NCBI GenBank assembly: GCA_963726265.1
Contig: CAVSBQ010000002.1
Location: 416,001-480,000, forward strand
Length of the DNA stretch: 64,000 bases
Source: Candidatus Aenigmatarchaeota archaeon
GTDB lineage: Archaea; Aenigmatarchaeota; Aenigmatarchaeia; QMZP01; QMZT01
Direction of reading: 5' to 3'
Part shown: one piece after another, positions 49,151 through 59,379 of the stretch
How positions within the stretch are numbered: the stretch's first letter is position 1
How the letters are laid out: every line of letters begins with the position of its first letter
Program-made: the position numbers and the translations under genes
Notes under the pieces: generated by a model
What the model was told of the DNA's origin: nothing
Databases searched by the model: none
Seen by the model: only the letters and a program-made list of their open reading frames with translations

Positions 49151-50179
49151 TTAATCCATTGTTTCTATCATCAGGGCCATGAAGGCGAGGACGAAGCCGA
49201 CGGCTATCGAAAGCATGAAGCTGAACGATGACATTTCAGGCGCGAGTATGAGATCCGACGCATTGTAGATGACGAGCGTCGCCGAAAGCCCGAAGAGCGG
49301 GACCGAAACTATCCTGGATGTCTTCTTGTCCTTCAGGCGCAGGCTCTTGCCCAGCCACGCTATCGTGCCAGCTATCCAGAAGAAGTAAATGGACGCTACG
49401 AAGAATGCGGCCGCCGCCTCGAAGATGCCGAGGCTCATGAAGTCCATCACGGAATTGTAGCCCCTGTAAACCGCTAGGCAGGCGACAGCGATGGAAACTA
49501 TGTACATGAAAAAGGCGAACCTGCGACGGGCGAGCGATTCCTTCATCTCGCCGATGGCGCTGAAGAGATAGTCCTCCAGCTTGAAGCCCTTCGCGAAGAG
49601 ATACGCTCCCACGACGATGACTATGACCCTCCAGCCGGTTTCGCCCAGCGCGGCGTAAAGCAGCAGCGCTATCGCTGGCAGGCCGAAGAAAAGCCTCGCG
49701 AACTTCGGGTTGTCCAGCGTCTCCTTCAGAAAGTCCTTTATCGCGTAATAGTTCGACTCGAGCTGCTCCGCCTGGCGCACGACAATCCTCTTGACAGAAA
49801 GTATGGGTATGCGCGACTGGATGATGGGAATGACGTACTCGTCATCCATGCCATCCGTGACTAGAATGACGAAATCGCTGGGCCTCTTGTCCATGACGTG
49901 TTCCAGCTGTTTCGCTATCTCGCGGTCCGCATCGATGCCCCTGTTCTTGTGGCCGGTTAGCACTACGACTTCAGGATCGTATTTCTCGCCCAGCTCCTCC
50001 ATGAGCTTGACCGCGCCGAATATGGCATTACTGTCGCTGTCTTCCGGGTCTTTCAGGCTGAGCTTAGTCGCCGCTTCGAGGACCTTTTCCCTGCCGATTA
50101 CAGGTCCTTCTATGCCTGTTTTTTGCCCTATGTCGTTGTCCCTGTCAACGCTCATCACCAGAATTTTTTCCTTCGTCAT
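49151..50179 (-). CDS. DUF373 family membrane protein
   Basis: VDRDNDIG, DPEDSDSN, VTDGMDDE, RIVVRQ. Confidence 0.9.
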   Translation of the reverse strand: MTKEKILVMSVDRDNDIGQKTGIEGPVIGREKVLEAATKLSLKDPEDSDSNAIFGAVKLMEELGEKYDPEVVVLTGHKNRGIDADREIAKQLEHVMDKRPSDFVILVTDGMDDEYVIPIIQSRIPILSVKRIVVRQAEQLESNYYAIKDFLKETLDNPKFARLFFGLPAIALLLYAALGETGWRVIVIVVGAYLFAKGFKLEDYLFSAIGEMKESLARRRFAFFMYIVSIAVACLAVYRGYNSVMDFMSLGIFEAAAAFFVASIYFFWIAGTIAWLGKSLRLKDKKTSRIVSVPLFGLSATLVIYNASDLILAPEMSSFSFMLSIAVGFVLAFMALMIETMD

Positions 50180-50332
50180 GGCACATCACTTTAGCAAGTT
50201 ACTTAATTAATTAATGATTTTGTTTTTAAAGCATTTGCCGCTTTTACGCGTTTCGACGAACTTTCCGCGAAGGAATCGGGGAGTTCAGATAAAACAGGTG
50301 AAATATTTAAGTAAAAAAATCAATTTGGTATT

Positions 50333-51130
50333 ATGCCATTAAGCATTGCGGACATCGGGATAATAGGCGGGACTGGCATTTATTCCGAGGACATGCTCAA
50401 ATTTGTAAAAAAGCTGGACGTTTCAACGCCGTACGGAAAACCATCGAGCAGGATAACGGTCGGCTCATACAACGGGGTGAAAGTCGCCTTCCTTTTCAGG
50501 CATGGCGAAACGCATGCGCTTCCGCCGCACAAGGTCAATTACCGCGCGAACATCGCGGCGCTCGAAAAGCTCGGGGTGAAAAGGATTATAGGCATTGCTG
50601 CGGTCGGCTCGCTGAGGAAAGACATGAAGCCCGGCGACATTGTCATACCCGACCAGTTCATAGACATGACGAAGCTACGCAACGCGACTTTCTACGACGG
50701 CCCGAAAACCGTCCACGTCTCGCTGGCCGACCCGTTCTGCGAGGATATGAGGACAGCCGCCTCGAAAACCATCGAAAACCTTTTCCGCATACGCTTCCAC
50801 GAAAGGGGGACGTATGTCTGCGTCGAAGGCCCGCGCTTCTCGACCAGGGCGGAATCGCACCTCTGGAGGCGCATGAAAGCCGACGTAGTCGGCATGACCC
50901 TCGTGCCGGAGGTTACGCTTGCGAGGGAGAAGGAGATGTGTTATCTCACGCTCGCGACGGTCACGGACTACGACTGCTGGAAGGCAGGAGCGGTCTCGGC
51001 CGAGGAAGTGATAAAGACGATGAAAAGGAGCACGGAGAACGTCAAGAAAATCCTGGAAAAGCTTGTCATGAAATTGCCCAGGGAAAGAAGATGCGCCTGC
51101 AGCACCGCCCTGCGCGGCGCCGAAATCTGA
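50333..51130 (+). CDS. mtnP: S-methyl-5'-thioadenosine phosphorylase
   Basis: GIIGGTG, RHG..H..PPH.VNYRAN, EGPRFSTRAES, VGMT, VTDYDCW. Confidence 0.95.
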   Translation: MPLSIADIGIIGGTGIYSEDMLKFVKKLDVSTPYGKPSSRITVGSYNGVKVAFLFRHGETHALPPHKVNYRANIAALEKLGVKRIIGIAAVGSLRKDMKPGDIVIPDQFIDMTKLRNATFYDGPKTVHVSLADPFCEDMRTAASKTIENLFRIRFHERGTYVCVEGPRFSTRAESHLWRRMKADVVGMTLVPEVTLAREKEMCYLTLATVTDYDCWKAGAVSAEEVIKTMKRSTENVKKILEKLVMKLPRERRCACSTALRGAEI

Positions 51131-51136
51131 GCGGTG

Positions 51137-51562
51137 CTAGCATTTCAACTTCTCGTTTATTATCGCAGGGCAGATTTTCGTTACGCCGTCTGTTTTCTCC
51201 AGTGCTTTCACGAATTTTGCAAGCGCGCCGGAATTCTCGAACCAGCACTCTACCATGAGCATGTGGTCGCCGGACGACGAACACAATCTCATCACTTCAT
51301 TCATGCCCTTCAGCCTCTCTAGAACCTGGATGTATTTCTCCGGACGCGTGTCCACGCCGATGAGCGCGTCGACTTCGAAGCCTATCTTTTTCGGGTCGAC
51401 GTCAACGGTGTATTTCCTTATCACGCCTTTCGCTTCAAGGCTTTTCATGCGCTTGCGCACGGCGGTCTCGCTGACGCCGAAATGCTTCGCCAGGTCGACA
51501 TAGGAAACCCTCGCATTCTCCTTCAGTTTCTTTACCAGCTCTAAGTTTGAAATCCGAACCAT
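51137..51562 (-). CDS. lrpA: Lrp/AsnC regulator, LrpA-like
   Basis: SETAVRKR, GVDTRPEK, SSGDHM, GVTKICPAII as in Pyrococcus LrpA. Confidence 0.9.
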   Translation of the reverse strand: MVRISNLELVKKLKENARVSYVDLAKHFGVSETAVRKRMKSLEAKGVIRKYTVDVDPKKIGFEVDALIGVDTRPEKYIQVLERLKGMNEVMRLCSSSGDHMLMVECWFENSGALAKFVKALEKTDGVTKICPAIINEKLKC

Positions 51563-51603
51563 AATGTTTATATATTCGAACGTGTTTATATACTTATCTG
51601 AAC
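51552..51603. promoter_or_regulatory. Three ATYYGAAC repeats at 22-bp spacing in the divergent lrpA/grx promoter
   Basis: ATCCGAAC 51552, ATTCGAAC 51574, ATCTGAAC 51596, interleaved with two TGTTTATATA boxes. Confidence 0.6.
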
Positions 51604-51628
51604 TTATCACATTTGCGAGAGTGATTTT

Positions 51629-51877
51629 ATGAAAGCAGAAAAAGGGAAAGTCAAGGTCTATTCAACCCCCACATGTCCGTATTGCCACATGCTGAAGGAT
51701 TACCTGAGAGCGAAAGGCGTGAAATTCCAGGACATAGACGTCTCCTCTGATCATGATGCAGCGCAGGAAATGATAAGCAAGTCCGGTTTCACTGGCGTGC
51801 CGCAGACGGAAATCAACGGCAAAATGATAATCGGCTTTGACAGGGCGGCGCTGGAGAAGGAGTTAAAAAATTTATAA
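51629..51877 (+). CDS. Glutaredoxin-like protein (YruB/NrdH)
   Basis: YSTPTCPYC, GVP, IIGFD. Confidence 0.94.
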   Translation: MKAEKGKVKVYSTPTCPYCHMLKDYLRAKGVKFQDIDVSSDHDAAQEMISKSGFTGVPQTEINGKMIIGFDRAALEKELKNL

Positions 51878-51911
51878 AGCGATTTGGCTTTGAATAATAA
51901 GGGGTGGGAGT

Positions 51912-52589
51912 ATGGAAAACGCTATTCCGTTGCTGGGAGAAAGCGTGCCGAGTTTCGAGGCGCAGACGACGCAGGGTATGATAAATTTCCCTTCGGATTA
52001 CAAGGGCAGGTGGATTGTGCTTTTTTCGCATCCTGCGGATTTCACGCCGGTATGCACGACCGAATTCTATGCGTTCCAGAAAAGATACGACGAGTTCAAG
52101 CAGTTCAACACCGAACTCGTCGGCCTGAGCATAGACCAGGTCTTCAGCCACATCAAGTGGATCGAGTGGATAAAGGAAAAGCTGGGGACTGAAATAAAGT
52201 TTCCCGTCATAGCGGACGACCAGGGAAAAATAGCGAAGATGATGGGCATGATACACCCGGGCAAGGGCACGAACACGGTGCGCGCTGTTTTCATAGTAGA
52301 CCCGAAAGGGGTGCTGCGCGCCATGATATACTACCCGCAGGAGCTTGGAAGGAACATGGACGAGATACTGCGCGCCGTTAAGGGCCTGCAGACAGTCGAC
52401 GAGCACAAGGTCGCCGTGCCAGCTAACTGGCCCAACAACGAGCTGATTGGTGACCACGTGATAGTCCCTCCGGCGAAGGACGAGAAGACAGCGAAAGAGC
52501 GCTTTGAGAGCGCGGCCAGGAAGGAAATCGAATGCTACGACTGGTGGCTCTGCCACAAGAAGCTCGAGCCGGCGCACCACAAGAAATGA
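51912..52589 (+). CDS. Peroxiredoxin (Prx6/archaeal type)
   Basis: [26 protein letters not shown]. Confidence 0.96.
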   Translation: MENAIPLLGESVPSFEAQTTQGMINFPSDYKGRWIVLFSHPADFTPVCTTEFYAFQKRYDEFKQFNTELVGLSIDQVFSHIKWIEWIKEKLGTEIKFPVIADDQGKIAKMMGMIHPGKGTNTVRAVFIVDPKGVLRAMIYYPQELGRNMDEILRAVKGLQTVDEHKVAVPANWPNNELIGDHVIVPPAKDEKTAKERFESAARKEIECYDWWLCHKKLEPAHHKK

Positions 52590-52630
52590 TAAATTATAAA
52601 TGATATTGCAGTTTCGAGGAGGTAGAAAAT

Positions 52631-52894
52631 ATGATGTCGGACATACCGAAAAGGATAGGCAAGGAAAATATAGACGAGCAGATAACACGCGTGGGCATGA
52701 TAGCCGAGCTCGACGCAGTAAACCTTTACGAGCAGATGGCGGCCATGGCGACTGACAACAAGCTCAAGGAAGTGCTTCTGGACATAGCGAAGGAAGAGAA
52801 GACCCACATGGGCGAGTTCCAGGCGATGCTTCTGAAATTCGACAAACAACTGTCAAAAGAGCTGGAAAACGGCAGGAAAGAAGTTGATAGTTGA
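52631..52894 (+). CDS. Small ferritin-like protein (encapsulated-ferritin type)
   Basis: AELDAVNLYEQ, EEKTHMGEF. Confidence 0.85.
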   Translation: MMSDIPKRIGKENIDEQITRVGMIAELDAVNLYEQMAAMATDNKLKEVLLDIAKEEKTHMGEFQAMLLKFDKQLSKELENGRKEVDS

Positions 52895-52916
52895 AATTGT
52901 CTGAGATGGTGATAAT

Positions 52917-53435
52917 ATGGTAGTGCTGTGGAGATGCGAGATTTGCGGCGATCCTTACATAGGCGATGCGCCACCCAAGAACTGCCCGTTCTGCGGAGCG
53001 CACCAGAAATACATAAAGGTCGCGAAAGCTGCGAAAGCGAATTTCGACGTGAATCTCAACGCGAAAGACAAAGCGAACGCAGAGCACGCACTGAAAGTCG
53101 AAGTCGGCAACTCAACTTTTTACTTCTGCGCTGCGAACGAGACTGACGACGCGGAGGGAAAGCTGTTGTTCAAGGCGCTCGGCAAAATCGAAGCCGAGCA
53201 CGCGACCATATGGAGAAAGATACTGAAGCTCGGCAAGACTCCTGAGGGGAATGAGCAGTGCCATTCAAAGAACCGGGAAAACCTTGAAGACTCGCATGCC
53301 CGCGAGACGAGGGCAATCGAGTTCTACGGCAGGGCTGCCAAGGAAGCGCAGAACAACCGCGTGAAACAGATATTCGAGGCGCTGGTCGAGGTGGAAACGG
53401 ACCATCTGCAGCTTTCGGAGGAGAGATTAAAATGA
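52917..53435 (+). CDS. Rubredoxin-domain + ferritin-like protein (reverse rubrerythrin-like)
   Basis: WRCEICG...CPFCG, then EAEH and ETDH di-iron motifs. Confidence 0.9.
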   Translation: MVVLWRCEICGDPYIGDAPPKNCPFCGAHQKYIKVAKAAKANFDVNLNAKDKANAEHALKVEVGNSTFYFCAANETDDAEGKLLFKALGKIEAEHATIWRKILKLGKTPEGNEQCHSKNRENLEDSHARETRAIEFYGRAAKEAQNNRVKQIFEALVEVETDHLQLSEERLK

Positions 53436-53560
53436 CGCATAAAGGCGAAACTTACAGGTGCCTGATATGCGGCAACTTCGTGCAGGTCGTCGAAGCGGGC
53501 GCAGGCACGCTGGTTTGCTGCGGCCAGCCCATGAAGCTGGAAAAGGCGAAGAAGAAGTAG
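53432..53560 (+). CDS. Desulforedoxin-like protein (not in ORF track)
   Basis: [34 protein letters not shown]. Confidence 0.9.
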   Translation: MTHKGETYRCLICGNFVQVVEAGAGTLVCCGQPMKLEKAKKK

Positions 53561-53589
53561 CCATGATTATAGGATGAAGATGTGGAATT

Positions 53590-54198
53590 ATGGAAAAGGG
53601 TTTTTACGCACTGCCAAAACTTAATTTCAATTATGGTGACCTCGCACCTCATATCTCAGAGGAGCAACTGAAAATCCATTACGAAAAGCATCATCAGGCA
53701 TATGTTAATGGCGCAAACGCCATATTGCAAAAGCTGGACAAAACCAGAAGCGACGGAAGCGATGTAGACATGAAGGCGACCCTGAAGGAGCTGTCGTTCC
53801 AGATAGGCGGCCATCTGCTCCACTCGCTGTTCTGGGGCAATCTCTCACCAAAAGGCGGCGGCCAGCCGAAAGGCAGGATTGCGGAAGCGCTGGAAAAGGA
53901 ATTCGGTAGCTTCGAGCGCTTCAAAAAGGAATTTACCCAGGCCGCGGCGAGCGTCGAAGGCTCGGGATGGGCGGCTCTCGCCTTCTGCAGGCAGACCGGA
54001 CGCCCTATAATCATGCAGGTGGAAAAGCACAATACCAACGTTTACCCCATGTTCAAAATACTGATGGTCATCGACGTCTTCGAGCACGCTTACTATCTCG
54101 ACTACAAGAACGACCGCGCGAAATTCGTCGAGAACTTCTGGAGCATCGTGGACTGGAACGCCGTCAACAAGCGCCTGGAAGAGCTGCTGAAAAGTTAG
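53590..54198 (+). CDS. sod: Fe/Mn superoxide dismutase
   Basis: [26 protein letters not shown]. Confidence 0.97.
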   Translation: MEKGFYALPKLNFNYGDLAPHISEEQLKIHYEKHHQAYVNGANAILQKLDKTRSDGSDVDMKATLKELSFQIGGHLLHSLFWGNLSPKGGGQPKGRIAEALEKEFGSFERFKKEFTQAAASVEGSGWAALAFCRQTGRPIIMQVEKHNTNVYPMFKILMVIDVFEHAYYLDYKNDRAKFVENFWSIVDWNAVNKRLEELLKS

Positions 54199-54239
54199 CA
54201 AACGAGGCACTGGTAATTTTCAATTTCTGAATCCCTGGC

Positions 54240-54980
54240 TTACACCAGGGTTTCCAGCAAAAACGCCAGCCCCATGCCAAAGATGATGCCGATGCTTATC
54301 GAGTGCAGATCGCATTCCTTGTTGGCAAGGGGTATGAGCTCGTCCACGACCAGGTAAACCATTACGCCGGCCGTGAACGCGAGGGCAATGGGCACTATGC
54401 CAGCCACGGTCGAGAGGAAAACCACCGCGACTAGCGCCCCGAACGGCTCCACCAGGCCTGAGGCAAGCGTTATCAAAAATGTCTTCGACTTTTTCATGCC
54501 GCTCGCCCTTAAAGGCAGGGCGATTGCAACGCCCTCCGGTATGTTGTGAATCGCTATGGCAAGGGCAAGCACGAAACCGAAAGCAGGAAGCACGGTGTAG
54601 CCGATGCCGACTATCGCTCCCTCGGGGAAATTGTGCAGCGTCATGCCGATGGCAACCATCATTCCAACTCTCAGGAATCTCACGCGGCTTTCCTTTTCGA
54701 AGCGTTCTTCCTTTATGAAATACTGGTGCGGCACGAAGAAGTCAAGGGCCATCATTATCAGCGCACCCGCCATGAATGACATGACGGCAATCTCATATGT
54801 GCCGAACTGCACCGCCTTGAAAAAGAGGCTGAGGAAAGCTATTATTATCATCACGCCGCTGGAAAATCCCAGACCGAAGCCCAGCGTGCGCTGGCCAATC
54901 TTCCTGAAATAAATGACTATAAGGCCACCAAGCGCGGTCGCGAGGCCCGCAAGGAGGCTGACTATGAAAATTTCATACAT
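54240..54980 (-). CDS. ZIP family metal transporter (ZupT/GufA-like)
   Basis: HNFPEG, HNIPEG, DELIP. Confidence 0.94.
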   Translation of the reverse strand: MYEIFIVSLLAGLATALGGLIVIYFRKIGQRTLGFGLGFSSGVMIIIAFLSLFFKAVQFGTYEIAVMSFMAGALIMMALDFFVPHQYFIKEERFEKESRVRFLRVGMMVAIGMTLHNFPEGAIVGIGYTVLPAFGFVLALAIAIHNIPEGVAIALPLRASGMKKSKTFLITLASGLVEPFGALVAVVFLSTVAGIVPIALAFTAGVMVYLVVDELIPLANKECDLHSISIGIIFGMGLAFLLETLV

Positions 54981-55065
54981 AATATTATTAATTGGGCATG
55001 GTTCATTAAATGTCTCGGCGTTGCTCGCTGAGAGAGTTTTAAATAACTAAAACCAAAATATTTTC

Positions 55066-55932
55066 ATGGCAAAGAAAAAAAGCAGAAAAGTTTCCAGAAA
55101 GAACGATGCTTTTGAGCGAAGGATGGAAGACTTCGGCGATGAAATGGGGGAAATCGGCGAAAGGTTCGGCAGGCGGATGGAGAGGCACGGCAGAAGGTGG
55201 GAAAGGCGTGGCGAGGAATGCGACACGTGGTTCCGCAACACCTTCGGCCTCGTCGGCCCGCTCATTTCGGGCGTCCTGGGCATTATCATATTGTCGCTGG
55301 TCATATGGCTGATTAATTTTTTAAACTCGAAAATAGGAAGCTGGTTCCTGGCCGAGATAAGCCTGTTCCTGATAACCAACATCGGCCTGTTTTTCCTGAT
55401 ATTCCTGTTCTTCTCATATACCTCGTATTTCTCCAAGTTCCACCGCAGGACATACGTTATCTTTTCGCCCATCCCCGTTGCGGTGGGAGCGGCGGTGTGC
55501 ATGTGGATAGCGGCCAGCGCAATAAACACCGTGAACATCCAGCTGGGCAATCCGCTGCTGGCAGCATTCGCCTTAAACCTGAACGAAAACCTGTTTTGGG
55601 TGTCCTGGCTTTTCCTTTGCATCGGCTATCTTGTTTTGGCAGTGATTCTTGCCACAAAGGGGCATTACAAGCCCGAGGAGGGAGCTGAAAGAATGACGAG
55701 AACAAAATCTTACCATAAAAAGGAAGAAGCAGGAATTCGCAGGCTTTACAGGTCGGGCAAAGACCGCATCCTTGGCGGGGTGTGCGGAGGGATAGCGGAG
55801 TATCTCGGCGTCGACCCCGTCATCATCAGGCTCCTGTGGGTGGTGGGCAGCCTTGCATGGGGCTTTGGCATCCTGCTTTACATAATATGCTGGATAATCA
55901 TCCCAAGGAACCCGAACCACAAATGGAAGTAG
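55066..55932 (+). CDS. Membrane protein with C-terminal PspC domain
   Basis: RLYRSGKDRILGGVCGGIAEYLGVDP. Confidence 0.88.
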   Translation: MAKKKSRKVSRKNDAFERRMEDFGDEMGEIGERFGRRMERHGRRWERRGEECDTWFRNTFGLVGPLISGVLGIIILSLVIWLINFLNSKIGSWFLAEISLFLITNIGLFFLIFLFFSYTSYFSKFHRRTYVIFSPIPVAVGAAVCMWIAASAINTVNIQLGNPLLAAFALNLNENLFWVSWLFLCIGYLVLAVILATKGHYKPEEGAERMTRTKSYHKKEEAGIRRLYRSGKDRILGGVCGGIAEYLGVDPVIIRLLWVVGSLAWGFGILLYIICWIIIPRNPNHKWK

Positions 55933-55999
55933 GTTTTTATTGCCTCCTGCCGTTTTCTTATTATTCTGGCTGAATGCCATTGAAAATCCAAGGTGCTGC

Positions 56000-56626
56000 A
56001 TGAAAAACGACATGGAACGCGCTTGCGACCTGATGAACAGCGATATCAGGAGGACAGTCGACGGCCGCATAGCGGAATTCGCCGAAATGGGCAGGAAAGA
56101 CGAGAACGAACTGTTCAAGGAGTTGTGCTTCTGCATACTCACCGCGAACTACAGCGCTGCCGGCGGGATAAGGATACAGCAGGCGATAGGAGACGGCTTC
56201 ATAACGCTCCCGGAAAACGAACTGGCGGAACGACTTAAGACGCTTGGCCACCGCTATCCCAACGCGCGGGCGCAATACATCGTCGAGGCAAGGAGACATC
56301 TCGGCTCGCTCAAAAGGATAATTGACGCATCAGCAGACAACGCGCGCCTGCGCGAGTGGCTGGTGACTAATGTCAAAGGCCTGGGTTACAAGGAGGCGAG
56401 CCATTTCCTGCGCAACATCGGCTTCAGCGACCTCGCGATTCTCGACTTCCACATAATCGATCTGCTTGAAAGATGCGGCGCTATCGTCCGGCCGAAAACG
56501 CTCACGAAAAACAAATACATGGAAATCGAGCGCGTCCTCAGGAAGTTCGCGGCAAAACGCGGCATGAACCTCGCGGAACTAGACCTCTATCTCTGGTATG
56601 TGGAAACCGGCAAGGTGCTGAAATAA
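56000..56626 (+). CDS. ogg: 8-oxoguanine DNA glycosylase/lyase (Ogg2 type)
   Basis: ELCFCILTAN, KGLGYKEASHFLRN, ILDFHI, C-terminal TGKVLK. Confidence 0.95.
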   Translation: MKNDMERACDLMNSDIRRTVDGRIAEFAEMGRKDENELFKELCFCILTANYSAAGGIRIQQAIGDGFITLPENELAERLKTLGHRYPNARAQYIVEARRHLGSLKRIIDASADNARLREWLVTNVKGLGYKEASHFLRNIGFSDLAILDFHIIDLLERCGAIVRPKTLTKNKYMEIERVLRKFAAKRGMNLAELDLYLWYVETGKVLK

Positions 56627-56715
56627 AATCGCCACCCTCCGCGGCCTCTGGTTAATTAATATTTAAATATATAATAGCATAAGATTATCCTATCGATTAG
56701 GGTATTGGTGCAGGC

Positions 56716-57075
56716 ATGAAAGTGAAGAACAAGAACGAGCCCCTGAAGGCGCTGGTGGAAAAAATCCATGCAGATGCCATGCGGAACGGCTCGGGTATCT
56801 GGGCAGCGGTAGCCGAGGAGCTGAACAGGTCCAGGAGGATAAGATTCGAGATCAACCTGGGCGAAATCGAGAAATACGCGCAGCCCAAGGAAACGCTTGT
56901 TGTCCCCGGCATAGTGCTCGGCAGCGGAGAGCTCAGTAAGCACGTAACTGTCGCCGCTGTCAGGTTTTCCGGAAGCGCGAAAGCCAAGATAGAGAAGGCC
57001 GGAGGCGCGTGCATGTCAATCGAGGAGCTCTACGGGAAAAACCCGAAAGGCAAGGGCATAAGGATTCTGGGCTGA
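56716..57075 (+). CDS. rpl18e: 50S ribosomal protein eL18
   Basis: VVPGIVLGSG, FSGSAKAKI. Confidence 0.95.
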   Translation: MKVKNKNEPLKALVEKIHADAMRNGSGIWAAVAEELNRSRRIRFEINLGEIEKYAQPKETLVVPGIVLGSGELSKHVTVAAVRFSGSAKAKIEKAGGACMSIEELYGKNPKGKGIRILG

Positions 57076-57084
57076 AACCGGGGG

Positions 57085-57501
57085 ATGCAAATGACTACTG
57101 TGATAAACGCCGAAAACTGCATTGCGGGAAGGCTGGCTTCTTTTGTGGCCAAGCGCCTGCTGAAAGGCGAAGAGATAGTCATCGTGAATGCTGAGAAGGC
57201 GATAGTCACGGGTAATCCCAAGGCGATAGAGGGGCTTTTTGACGAGAGAATAAAGAGGGGCGACCCATACCACGGGCCGTTCTACCCCAAGAAGCCGGAA
57301 AGGATCCTGAGACGGATCGTGCGCGGCATGCTGCCGTTCCACAAGCCGCGCGGCAGGGACGCATACAGGCGGCTTAAGGTTTATGTTGCTGTGCCCGAAG
57401 AATTCAGGAACGGGCAAGTGGAAAATATCAGCAAGGCGATGATAACGTCAGAAGGCAAGTTCATGTATCTCGGGGACATAACGAAAAAGTATGGTGGGTA
57501 A
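57085..57501 (+). CDS. rpl13: 50S ribosomal protein uL13
   Basis: GRLASFVAK, VNAEKA, VRGMLP. Confidence 0.96.
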   Translation: MQMTTVINAENCIAGRLASFVAKRLLKGEEIVIVNAEKAIVTGNPKAIEGLFDERIKRGDPYHGPFYPKKPERILRRIVRGMLPFHKPRGRDAYRRLKVYVAVPEEFRNGQVENISKAMITSEGKFMYLGDITKKYGG

Positions 57502-57969
57502 ATGACGGAAACGAAAAGGAAAACGAAGGCTGAGATGAAGGAAATCGCGGAAAAGAAAAAGGAACGGGAAGCGAGGCTCAAGACGGGCAAACGCAGGAGA
57601 GCTGTAGCCCAGGCCACCGTAAAGGCCGGAAGCGGCAGAATAGTCATCAACGGCGAGCTGCTTGAAAACTACAAGAACGCTGTCCTGAGGCTCAGGATAA
57701 TGGAGCCTTTCGTGCTCACCGACAAGAATGACTGGAAGTCTTATGATTTCATCGCTATGGCGAGAGGCGGCGGCATCATGGGCCAGGCCGACGCCGTGCG
57801 TCAGGCATTCTCAAGATGCCTTGTCGAGCTGTTCGGCGCCGAGCTGAAGCAGAAGTTCATGGAATACGACAGGAACCTGCTGGTCTACGACCCGCGAAGG
57901 ACGGAACCGCACAAGCCGCCGAGAAGCTCGCAGGGTCCGAGGAGATACAAGCAGAGGTCGAAGAGGTAA
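57502..57969 (+). CDS. rps9: 30S ribosomal protein uS9
   Basis: GKRRRAVA, GGGIMGQA, DPRRTEP, KQRSKR. Confidence 0.96.
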   Translation: MTETKRKTKAEMKEIAEKKKEREARLKTGKRRRAVAQATVKAGSGRIVINGELLENYKNAVLRLRIMEPFVLTDKNDWKSYDFIAMARGGGIMGQADAVRQAFSRCLVELFGAELKQKFMEYDRNLLVYDPRRTEPHKPPRSSQGPRRYKQRSKR

Positions 57970-57990
57970 GGTTTAAAAAACAAGAAGCGA

Positions 57991-58317
57991 ATGATGCTTA
58001 TGGAATACGCAAGGATTAAACTGGCTGGAAGGGACTACAGGAAGCTTGATGAAATATGCAGGCAAATCAAGGAAATCGCCGACAAGTATGGAGTTTCGAC
58101 GCGCGGGCCGATACCCCTGCCCACGAAGAGGATGAAGGTCGTGACCATGAAGACGCCGTGCGGCGACGGGACGGGCCACGGCAATGCAACCTACGATCGC
58201 TGGGAAATGAGGATACACAAGAGGATCATGGACATCGGCTCTAACGAACGCGCTCTCCGCCAGGTCGTGCGCATCCAGATACCCGAGGACGTCAAGATAG
58301 ACATAGAGCTAAGGTAA
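57991..58317 (+). CDS. rps10: 30S ribosomal protein uS10
   Basis: GPIPLPTK, WEMRIHKR. Confidence 0.96.
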   Translation: MMLMEYARIKLAGRDYRKLDEICRQIKEIADKYGVSTRGPIPLPTKRMKVVTMKTPCGDGTGHGNATYDRWEMRIHKRIMDIGSNERALRQVVRIQIPEDVKIDIELR

Positions 58318-58400
58318 ATTCATCTCCTGTTTTTCAGGCAAATTTTGTTCCAAAGCAGTTTAAAAGCCGCTGCTCTCAATATTTTAAAGGGGCTGCCAGA

Positions 58401-58820
58401 ATGCTTGTCGAAAAGGTCATGAACGGGCACGTTATCACCGCGGGTCCTGAGACCACGCTCCTTGAAGCCGCACAGATAATGGCGGACAACCACATAGGCT
58501 GCATCGTGGTTACGAAGGGAAAAAAGCCCGTAGGTATGCTGACCGAAAGGGACGTTCTTATCGCGGTGGCAGCGGAAGCCAATGTCAAGAAGACCAAAAT
58601 CGGCTCTGTCATGACCCACTATCTGATAACCATAGGTCCCAAGAGGCCGGTCAGCAAGGCGATAGCGCTGATGGCCGACAACAAAATAAAGAAGCTGCCC
58701 GTGGTCAACGACGAAGGCAAGCTCGTCGGCATAGTGACGGCGAGCGACATAATGTCCGTTGAGCCCGAAGCCGCAAAAAAGATAAAGCATCTGATTTCAA
58801 TGAGATTCTTCAGAAAGTGA
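58401..58820 (+). CDS. CBS-domain pair protein
   Basis: GMLTERD, LPVV..GKLVGIVT. Confidence 0.93.
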   Translation: MLVEKVMNGHVITAGPETTLLEAAQIMADNHIGCIVVTKGKKPVGMLTERDVLIAVAAEANVKKTKIGSVMTHYLITIGPKRPVSKAIALMADNKIKKLPVVNDEGKLVGIVTASDIMSVEPEAAKKIKHLISMRFFRK

Positions 58821-58827
58821 CGGCTCG

Positions 58828-59217
58828 CTACTTTTTCTCTTCGACCAAAACGCCGTTTATCACGCCGTCACGGCCCGGCTTTGACGTTACCCTGACCGAG
58901 CCTATGTCCGTCTTGACTATCGCGCCCCTCGTGATGACGTTCATCCTGACGAAGTGCGGATTGGCCGGGTTCTTTTCCACGGTGATTATTTTGGCCTTCC
59001 TGACTTTTTTCGTCTTCGGGTCGGCCACGTTTATCTCGTTCATGGCCAGGACATTGAGCTTGATGTTGCCGCCTCTCGCGCGGTTTATCTTCACCCTTCT
59101 TTCCCCGATCTTGGTCTGGATGAACTCGTTGCCCCTGTCCATCTTCCGTTTTTTCCTCGACCTTCTGAGCATCTTGCCCGTGGGTCCCCTTCTTGAACGC
59201 AAATGCCACTTGACCAT
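58828..59217 (-). CDS. rps8e: 30S ribosomal protein eS8
   Basis: RARGGN, NPANPHFVR, VTSKPGRDG. Confidence 0.96.
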   Translation of the reverse strand: MVKWHLRSRRGPTGKMLRRSRKKRKMDRGNEFIQTKIGERRVKINRARGGNIKLNVLAMNEINVADPKTKKVRKAKIITVEKNPANPHFVRMNVITRGAIVKTDIGSVRVTSKPGRDGVINGVLVEEKK

Positions 59218-59379
59218 GCCAGCACCGATTCTATATATTAATCGCATGTCTATTTAAATGAATATCAGATGAGGTCAAACACGGCAAAGCGATTCTCCTG
59301 GCAACATTTATAAATAAACAAGACAAGATAATTATAACTATTTTACCCGATTTTGAATTGGGTAGAAGGAGGTTATGAA

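Noticed and set aside
50225..50300. Hairpin upstream of MTAP as a riboswitch
   Set aside because: Lies upstream of the apparent TATA box and has no recognisable aptamer motif
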